A stretch of DNA of 31,749 nt, from NCBI GenBank assembly GCA_019313105.1, contig JAFDBW010000197.1:1-31749 (forward strand), given 5' to 3'. This document shows, piece after piece, positions 26,152 to 31,749 of the stretch. Position numbers and translations under genes: made by a program. A model generated the notes under the pieces. It made no database searches. It was given only the letters and a program-made list of their open reading frames with translations, and was not told the origin of the DNA. Numbering within the stretch: the stretch's first letter is position 1; each line of letters opens with the position of its first letter. Source of the DNA: Deltaproteobacteria bacterium (lineage in GTDB: Bacteria > Desulfobacterota > Desulfuromonadia > Desulfuromonadales > BM103).

Positions 26152-27426
26152 TCAAACCTCCAGCAGATGCACCGCACAGGAGATGCAAGGATCGAAAGCC
26201 CTCACGATCTGCTCCGTCACCATGCGCATCTGCTCCGTCACCATGCGCATCTGCTCCTCATCCCCTCCCCCGGCGAGGTCATCCAGGATCTGCTGTTTCA
26301 TCGTGAGCTGGTTGATCGCGGTAGGCGTGACAACATCAGCGGCAGCGACGTATCCCCACTCATCGACAACATAATGATGTACCAGCAAGCCACGCGGTGC
26401 TTCCTTTACGGCTGTACCGACACCCCCTCCTGGTTGAATTGACTCCACAATCAAGGAGGCGTCATCACCGGCATTCAAAATTGTCTCTGTCAGGATTCGG
26501 GCATGCTCAAGGGCCCAGCCGATTTCATTGACCTGTGCGATATTATTGGCATAGATATCGTTTGTGGTCGGTAAAGAGATTTGCGCGCAGTCCCTTGCCG
26601 CGGCCAACCTCGCCCTTGCCAGGGCCCCGACGATGAAGGGGCCAGACTCCCCGCAGGAGGATTTGGCATAAGATTCATCATTTGGCTGTTCCTCAAGGAT
26701 CTGCCGATAACTTGATGCCGGAAATGCACGGCCCTTGCCTGTCCAGAGGCTGTCTCCACAAAGGGAGAAGCTGTCGGTCTGGCCTGTCGCCAGTGGGGTC
26801 CCGCGGACGGCTCTTGCAAAGGGGAATCTGGCGGATGCAATAAAATCCCCGGCATATGCTGGCCATTTCCGCTGCCAGACTTCGAGATTCGCAGCCAGGT
26901 CCTGCAGCTGCTGGCTCTGCGGCCGATACATCACCCCACCGATAACCGGGTTGACCGGGTGGATGACCCGGCCACCGACCAGTTCCTGGATATGATTGCC
27001 AAAGGCCTTCAATTCCAGGCCGGCAGCGGCGAGCGGGTTGCCTGCTTTAAGCAGCTCAACAATACTTACGGCACCACTGAAATCCGGCAGGACCAGACAG
27101 AACAAGTGTAGAGCATGACTCTGGAGATGCCCGCCAAGGAGCAGCAACTCCCTTATGGCTTTGGCAAGGGGCGGCACCTCGATTCCCATGGCTTGCTCGA
27201 GAGCTTCGAGAGACGTCAGCTTGTGTACTGCCGAACAAATCGCACAGATCCGGCAGACCAGCTCAGCGACTTCATCATATTTGCGGCCGACCACTATCTT
27301 TTCAAACAGGCGTGGGGATTCCAGCATACGAACGCGCACGTCATCCAGCCTGCCGTCTTTGAGAATCAGCTCAATCCGGCCATGGCCTTCGACACGGGTC
27401 AATGGGTCAATAATTATCTTGTTCAT
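26152..27426 (-). CDS. [NiFe]-hydrogenase large (alpha) subunit, group 3b/sulfhydrogenase type
   Basis: TRVEGHG, L1 RICAICSAVH, EAPRG and L2 DPCISCAVH plus a 4-residue tail (LLEV). Confidence 0.93.
   Translation of the reverse strand: MNKIIIDPLTRVEGHGRIELILKDGRLDDVRVRMLESPRLFEKIVVGRKYDEVAELVCRICAICSAVHKLTSLEALEQAMGIEVPPLAKAIRELLLLGGHLQSHALHLFCLVLPDFSGAVSIVELLKAGNPLAAAGLELKAFGNHIQELVGGRVIHPVNPVIGGVMYRPQSQQLQDLAANLEVWQRKWPAYAGDFIASARFPFARAVRGTPLATGQTDSFSLCGDSLWTGKGRAFPASSYRQILEEQPNDESYAKSSCGESGPFIVGALARARLAAARDCAQISLPTTNDIYANNIAQVNEIGWALEHARILTETILNAGDDASLIVESIQPGGGVGTAVKEAPRGLLVHHYVVDEWGYVAAADVVTPTAINQLTMKQQILDDLAGGGDEEQMRMVTEQMRMVTEQIVRAFDPCISCAVHLLEV
26207..26257. repeat. 21-bp tandem repeat (2.4 copies) inside the hydrogenase large subunit
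   Basis: ATCTGCTCCGTCACCATGCGC twice, then ATCTGCTCC; protein EQMRMVT-EQMRMVT-EQ. Confidence 0.97.
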
Positions 27427-28169
27427 AGGCTGCCCCTATCAAAGCGCGAAAGGCGCCTTTGGGCTACCCGCTCCGACAGGCCCGTCTCCAGCAGCAACCG
27501 GAACATTTCTTCTTGATTGGCCTCGGCCAGGTCACCACGGCACCCTTCGCAACCGACTCCGAGGCTGGGACAGCGGGCGTGACATCCGGACAATGTGACC
27601 GGCCCCAAACAGGGATGTCCGGCCTCGAGCAACAGGCAGCGGTTCTCGAGAATCCGGCACTCCATACAGACCGGCATGAGCTGTCGACCCGGCCATCCGC
27701 CACACTCCAGTGAAGCCAGGGCCTCGAGCAGATCGTGCCGCTCGGGAGGACACCCGTGAACCTGGCAATCGACCGTTACGAAGCGATGCACCGGTTGGGG
27801 AGGGAAGGTATGCATGCCGGACTGTGCCTGGCCGTAAACCTGGTCGACAGCTTGGGAACGCTCACCTGGCACCAGACAATTGACACCACCGCTAATAGCG
27901 CAACTACCGACCGAAACCAGCAGATTGACCCGGCGACGCAAATCCAGGAGACGTTCCAGTTCGGCAGGAGTTGATATGGAGCCTTCAACCAGGGCCAGAT
28001 CGATCGGCCCTTGCAAGGTGCGCGATGACGAGGCCAGCGGGAATTCCTGGACCGCTATATGAGCGGAGAGCGCAGCCAGATGTTCCTCGCAATTCAGCAA
28101 CATCAACTGGCAGCCACTACAGGAGGTGAAACGGGTGAAGGCGATTTGAGTCGGCGGCCGCAGTTTCAT
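27423..28169 (-). CDS. [NiFe]-hydrogenase small (delta) subunit
   Basis: SCSGCQ, VEGSI, GSCAISGG, GCPP, CMEC, CLGP and CEGC Fe-S motifs; no Tat signal. Start set at ATG 28169 (ATGA overlap with gamma). Confidence 0.92.
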   Translation of the reverse strand: MKLRPPTQIAFTRFTSCSGCQLMLLNCEEHLAALSAHIAVQEFPLASSSRTLQGPIDLALVEGSISTPAELERLLDLRRRVNLLVSVGSCAISGGVNCLVPGERSQAVDQVYGQAQSGMHTFPPQPVHRFVTVDCQVHGCPPERHDLLEALASLECGGWPGRQLMPVCMECRILENRCLLLEAGHPCLGPVTLSGCHARCPSLGVGCEGCRGDLAEANQEEMFRLLLETGLSERVAQRRLSRFDRGSL

Positions 28170-28993
28170 ATGGCCCCCGGCATCAAGCGCAACTCGGCGA
28201 GCGAGAAGACCGGCCCGTCCCGGCAGATATAACGGCCGCCGGCCACACAATGGCAGCATTCGCCGATACCGCAACGCATTCGCCTCTCAAGCGTGACCAG
28301 AATCCGGTTTTCCGGAATGCCGGTTGCAGAGAGTTCATCCAGGATGCAGCCATACAGCGCCGGAGGACCGCATACGGCAGCAACGGTCTGCTGCGGCTCA
28401 AACTTCAGGTCATCCAGAAGTTCATTCACCAGGCCGATCCGGCAGGCGACACCACTGAAAGGCCCCTGCAGATCAGCAGCAAAATCAACCGAGAACCTGA
28501 GTTCGATCCTTTTCATTCGGGCCAGTTCGACCAGCTCTTCGCGAAACAACAGAGCCTTTGGCTCACGTGAACCGTAGAGCAGGACAATCCTGCCGCTGCG
28601 TTGCTCATCGACAAGCAGGGCCATCAACAGTGCACGCAAAGGCGCCATACCGAGGCCGCCGGCAATCAACAGGACATCCCGTTCGGCAAACAGTTCCAGG
28701 TCGAAACCGTTGCCAAACGCGCCACGCAAACCCAATCGGGCACCGGGCACCATGCGGTAGAGGGCGTCCGTAACCCGACCTACGCGCCGGATACACGATT
28801 CAATCCGCCCGTTCACCACCGGGTGACAGGTCGAAACCGGAAAACTGCCAACCCCGGGCAGGCTGACTTCGTAAAACTGCCCGGGGGCCACGTTGAATGG
28901 CAGGTCCGGCACGAAGGTGAAGACGTGATTATCCTCGACCATCGGGTGGATTCTTTCCAGCACGGCTGGCACAGGCAGCAGGCTATCCGGCAT
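28166..28993 (-). CDS. Sulfhydrogenase gamma subunit (FAD/NAD(P)-binding, 2Fe-2S; AsrB-like)
   Basis: PGQF, AGGLGMAPLR, CGPP and ERRMRCGIGECCHC...CRDGPVF. Confidence 0.92.
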   Translation of the reverse strand: MPDSLLPVPAVLERIHPMVEDNHVFTFVPDLPFNVAPGQFYEVSLPGVGSFPVSTCHPVVNGRIESCIRRVGRVTDALYRMVPGARLGLRGAFGNGFDLELFAERDVLLIAGGLGMAPLRALLMALLVDEQRSGRIVLLYGSREPKALLFREELVELARMKRIELRFSVDFAADLQGPFSGVACRIGLVNELLDDLKFEPQQTVAAVCGPPALYGCILDELSATGIPENRILVTLERRMRCGIGECCHCVAGGRYICRDGPVFSLAELRLMPGAI

Positions 28994-29951
28994 CAGGCGC
29001 CTCCGTCACGAGCTGTTCGGCAATCCGGTCAAGATCGATATCAACCGGACAGACGGTTCGACAACGGCCACACCCGACGCAGGAATCCTGGCCGCGCAGA
29101 TCGCCAAAGCCCAGGCGTTTGTGCTCCATGCGGAAACGCAACCGCGCGGCGCGATCGGCCCGGAAATCAAAGCCCCCGGCCACCTGTCCGTGTTCGGCAA
29201 AGAAGCAGTTGTCCCAGACCCTTTTTCTGTTTACAGAGCCATCTGTACCAGCCACATCAACAAGATCGAAACAGTAGCAGGTCGGGCAGACAGCTGAGCA
29301 GGCCCCGCATGACAGGCATCGCTCACCTTCGGCCCTCCAAACCCCTGCATTCAGATGCACAGGCAATTGTCCTGCTGTAACCTGGCGACGTTTTGCAGCC
29401 GGGCTTTCCGGCCATGGCAAATCTTTCTTCTGTTTTACGCGACCGCCCGCAGCCTGCAACAAAGCCAACCCGGCATCGGAAAGAGCCCAGACCCGATCGT
29501 TACCGATGAAAAGATCACCGGCAATCGGCATAAGGGCGCTATCACAGCGACACTCCACTCCGGCATCACAAAGCATACCGACCACGAAAATGCCGGCGCG
29601 CCGCTGCAGATAGATGGTGTCTTCAGAAAAAACCCGGTCAAGGTACCAGAGCGCCTGCAGATCGCAGAGCGGGAGGCCGGTTATTGCCAGGCCTGATGGC
29701 TCGACGACTTCACGATACTGCCCGTCATGATAGCTCCAAAGAGCGTCTCCATGAGGGAACAGCAGTTTTTTAATCGGGAGACGTGTAGTCATCGCCCGGG
29801 CAAAGAAATCCCTCTCGACGACCTGGAGCCGTCCGACGCCATCCTCTCCCAAGCGCGGAGACCAAACCACCCGGTCTTTGGCAACGGCCGCCGCCAATTT
29901 TTCGACAAGGCCATCCTGAATCTTGCAGACTGGGAACCCTGAATCGACCAT
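28983..29951 (-). CDS. Sulfhydrogenase beta subunit (4Fe-4S dicluster; AsrA-like)
   Basis: CLSCGACSAVCPTCYCF, WDNC and CVGCGRCRTVCPVDID. Confidence 0.92.
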   Translation of the reverse strand: MVDSGFPVCKIQDGLVEKLAAAVAKDRVVWSPRLGEDGVGRLQVVERDFFARAMTTRLPIKKLLFPHGDALWSYHDGQYREVVEPSGLAITGLPLCDLQALWYLDRVFSEDTIYLQRRAGIFVVGMLCDAGVECRCDSALMPIAGDLFIGNDRVWALSDAGLALLQAAGGRVKQKKDLPWPESPAAKRRQVTAGQLPVHLNAGVWRAEGERCLSCGACSAVCPTCYCFDLVDVAGTDGSVNRKRVWDNCFFAEHGQVAGGFDFRADRAARLRFRMEHKRLGFGDLRGQDSCVGCGRCRTVCPVDIDLDRIAEQLVTEAPDAG

Positions 29952-29968
29952 AAGAAACCTCTAAGGTC

Positions 29969-29996
29969 ATATTATCACTCTTCAGAGCTGCGGCAA
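29969..29996 (-). promoter_or_regulatory. Putative promoter of the hydrogenase operon
   Basis: TTGCCG, 16-bp spacer, extended -10 TGa-TAATAT; 17 nt upstream of the beta ATG. Confidence 0.45.
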
Positions 29997-30055
29997 GCAC
30001 CGGTACGACTCAATTCCCTTTGTTCGTCAGCATGAATAACGGTTTAAACCAGCAA

Positions 30056-30077
30056 GGGACGGGCATGCGCCCGTCCC
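30056..30077 (-). terminator. GC-rich hairpin downstream of the dNMP kinase (possible terminator)
   Basis: Perfect 9-bp stem GGGACGGGC/GCCCGTCCC with a 4-nt loop, but only a weak U-tract (TTGCTGGTTT) on the minus strand. Confidence 0.5.
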
Positions 30078-30111
30078 CAGCGGTAATGAAGGGTCCTACG
30101 ATGTAACTTTT

Positions 30112-30756
30112 CTATCGCGTAAGAGCAGCAGCCAACTGCCCAACCTTGGCCCTGAATTCCTCGAGGGTCCCGTCGTTGACGATCATTCCGTCCCAGGCAG
30201 CGTAATCATCCAGCGAAGTCTCGCTGGCATGATTGTTCGCGCCATCGAAGCCGGGACGTTCTATTTTGATGATCAAACCACCGTGCCCCTTGATGGCATT
30301 TAGTTCGTTCATGAAGCGCACGTCGTCGATCAGGACATGAAGCTGCTCAAGGTCAAGCTGCTCGACCTTGCGACTCCAGGCCTTGGTCCAGTAATCCGCA
30401 TCCTCGTTCCGTCGATATTCTGTCCCCCACCACTGCAGAATGCGACGTACGGTTACAGCTGTCTGCCCTTTCCGATCCTGTATCTCACTGTGGTCGGCAA
30501 CAAAATCCGCCCACTTCGGACAGTGCTGCAGTGCTTTTTGTTGATCGACGTAGAAAACCCGCACCTTATCGTCCTGATCACCATAGACCAGCGGCACCGA
30601 TTCATCAGCGCCAACCGCACGCAGGAAGGCTTCCACCTCGTCGCGCAGGACCATCGCCATCGGGATGATCCTGCACTCCTTGTCCATCAGCGGTGCCAGG
30701 TGATGGGCCGCAGTAGTCTTTCCTGTCGCCGCTTTACCAGCAAAACCTATAATCAT
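30112..30756 (-). CDS. Phage-type (T4 gp1/T5 Dnk-like) deoxynucleoside monophosphate kinase
   Basis: P-loop IIGFAGKAATGKTT, RRILQWWGTEYRR, IDDVRFMNE, KIERPG and HASE motifs; SD GGAG. Confidence 0.8.
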   Translation of the reverse strand: MIIGFAGKAATGKTTAAHHLAPLMDKECRIIPMAMVLRDEVEAFLRAVGADESVPLVYGDQDDKVRVFYVDQQKALQHCPKWADFVADHSEIQDRKGQTAVTVRRILQWWGTEYRRNEDADYWTKAWSRKVEQLDLEQLHVLIDDVRFMNELNAIKGHGGLIIKIERPGFDGANNHASETSLDDYAAWDGMIVNDGTLEEFRAKVGQLAAALTR

Positions 30757-30831
30757 TCACTCGCTCCAACATTTGTATTCACAACTCGCCCGACAGCTTT
30801 TGGCCATCGAGCAACTCAAATCATCCCGTGG

Positions 30832-30860
30832 AGTGTACTTGAAACGTACCCAGGCTTCAA
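30832..30860 (-). promoter_or_regulatory. sigma70 promoter of the dNMP kinase
   Basis: TTGAAG (30860-30855), 17-bp spacer, TACACT (30837-30832). Confidence 0.55.
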
Positions 30861-30968
30861 TCCCAACCTTGATACACATGCACCTGAGACTTTCACCATC
30901 CCACTGTCTCTGTATTTTACCAGTTGTCTATTTGCAACCAACCGTTATCCTTAGACACAGAGGAAGCC

Positions 30969-31568
30969 ATGAATATCATTTACATTCTTGACCTGATCGG
31001 GACCGCTGCCTTTGCCGCTTCCGGGGCCTGGGTCGGGGTACGCAAACAGATGGACCTGTTCGGTGTGCTGGTCCTCGGCACTGTCACGGCCGTAGGCGGG
31101 GGCACCCTTAGAGACTTGCTTTTGGGAGACATCCCGCCCTTTTCGCTCAAGGATGAAGCCTACATCTATATCGCCATCGTCGTCTCGGTGGTGGTGTTTG
31201 CCAACCGCAAGCGTTTCGAATTTTTTGAAAAACCCTTGCTGTATTTTGACGCAATCGGCCTTGGCACTTTCGTGGTGATTGGCACGACCAAGGCGATCGA
31301 CTTCCAGCTCGGTGCCCTCGGTGCGGTCCTGATGGGTGTTATGACCGGCACCGCAGGCGGTGTCATGCGCGACCTGCTTGCCAATCAGGTCCCGCTGATC
31401 CTGCGCCGGGAGATTTACGCTTCGGCCTGCGTTGCCGGAGGGGCGCTATTGGTTATACTGGGAGAGAATGGGGTTGCCCCGGCTACTGCTGCCATGCTCT
31501 CTGCCGCAACGGTCATTCTCGTCCGCCTGCTGGCGATTCATTACGACTGGTCACTGCCAAAACCCTGA
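30969..31568 (+). CDS. TRIC/YadS (UPF0126) family membrane protein
   Basis: Duplicated motifs LDLIGTAAFAASGA...GGGTLRDLL and FDAIGLGTF...GGVMRDLL...EIYAS. Start set at ATG 30969. Confidence 0.92.
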   Translation: MNIIYILDLIGTAAFAASGAWVGVRKQMDLFGVLVLGTVTAVGGGTLRDLLLGDIPPFSLKDEAYIYIAIVVSVVVFANRKRFEFFEKPLLYFDAIGLGTFVVIGTTKAIDFQLGALGAVLMGVMTGTAGGVMRDLLANQVPLILRREIYASACVAGGALLVILGENGVAPATAAMLSAATVILVRLLAIHYDWSLPKP

Positions 31569-31612
31569 GGATCACATCGACAGCCTCCAGATCTCAATTC
31601 AAGGAGTTATAC

Positions 31613-31749
31613 ATGAAATCAGAGCGGATCACTTTCCCTAACAGTCGCGGTGAAAATCTTGCAGCCCGGCTCGACCTGCCCGGGGATGAGGTGCCGATCG
31701 CTTACGCCCTGTTCGCCCACTGCTTCACCTGCACCAAGAATATCAAAGC
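31613..31749 (+). CDS. Alpha/beta hydrolase (likely OsmC-fused family), 5' partial
   Basis: SD AAGGAG, then MKSERITFPNSRGENLAARLDLPGDEVPIAYALFAHCFTCTKNIK; the ALFAHCFTC motif is typical of the alpha/beta-hydrolase/OsmC family. Not in the ORF track; runs off the window. Confidence 0.8.
   Translation, partial: MKSERITFPNSRGENLAARLDLPGDEVPIAYALFAHCFTCTKNIK

Noticed and set aside
26152-26200. Selenocysteine ([NiFeSe]) hydrogenase
   Set aside because: The L2 motif is DPCISC with ordinary Cys codons and no in-frame TGA.
28601-29380. 259-aa plus-strand ORF
   Set aside because: Antisense shadow of the hydrogenase beta and gamma subunits.
30041-30050. Perfect palindrome GGTTTAAACC upstream of the hydrogenase operon
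   Set aside because: A 10-bp palindrome is expected by chance in 32 kb; there is no second copy or recognised regulator consensus.
30757-30900. Second 6S-like RNA (GTGCATG...GAAGCCT words) or a Cys-rich 40-aa micro-ORF upstream of the dNMP kinase
   Set aside because: No long closing stem could be folded, the micro-ORF lacks an SD, and the segment is explained by a sigma70 promoter.
30337-30954. 205-aa plus-strand ORF
   Set aside because: Mostly antisense to the dNMP kinase, with no motifs or SD.
1-31749. CRISPR arrays, tRNAs, IS/transposases, integrases or prophage
   Set aside because: No regularly spaced repeats, cloverleaf structures, recombinase or transposase motifs, or phage structural genes were seen.

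Overview
A 31.7-kb chromosomal window from a Desulfuromonadales-like deltaproteobacterium; this assignment rests on gene content and 16S sequence style and was not database-confirmed. The left end holds the 5' end of a minus-strand 16S rRNA gene with its leader, boxA and three tandem sigma70 promoters. Next is the conserved minus-strand block smc - roadblock/LC7 - ftsY - zapB-like - zapA - (6S-like RNA) - ygfA - rny - ymdB - tyrS. The middle encodes a RluA-family pseudouridine synthase, an orphan PAS histidine kinase coupled to an AsmA-family protein, ubiE/menG, an EamA transporter, a cNMP-CBS-DUF294 protein, IclR, a MutT-type Nudix hydrolase and upp-uraA. The right end encodes lhgO, a four-gene group 3b-type [NiFe]-hydrogenase operon, a phage-type dNMP kinase, a TRIC/YadS membrane protein and the start of an alpha/beta-hydrolase(-OsmC) gene. 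No CRISPR array, tRNA, transposase or prophage was seen. Most notable: (1) a Bacteroidota-like TyrS in the native tyrS slot with a Bacteroidota-style SD-less start; (2) an upp promoter that reproduces the E. coli upp/codBA UTP-sensing reiterative-transcription architecture; (3) an enlarged (~256 nt) rod-shaped RNA at the 6S locus; (4) a stand-alone T4 gp1/T5-type dNMP kinase; (5) an in-frame 21-bp tandem duplication next to the hydrogenase Ni-binding L2 motif. Family assignments come from motif recognition and all folds are by hand; no searches were run.
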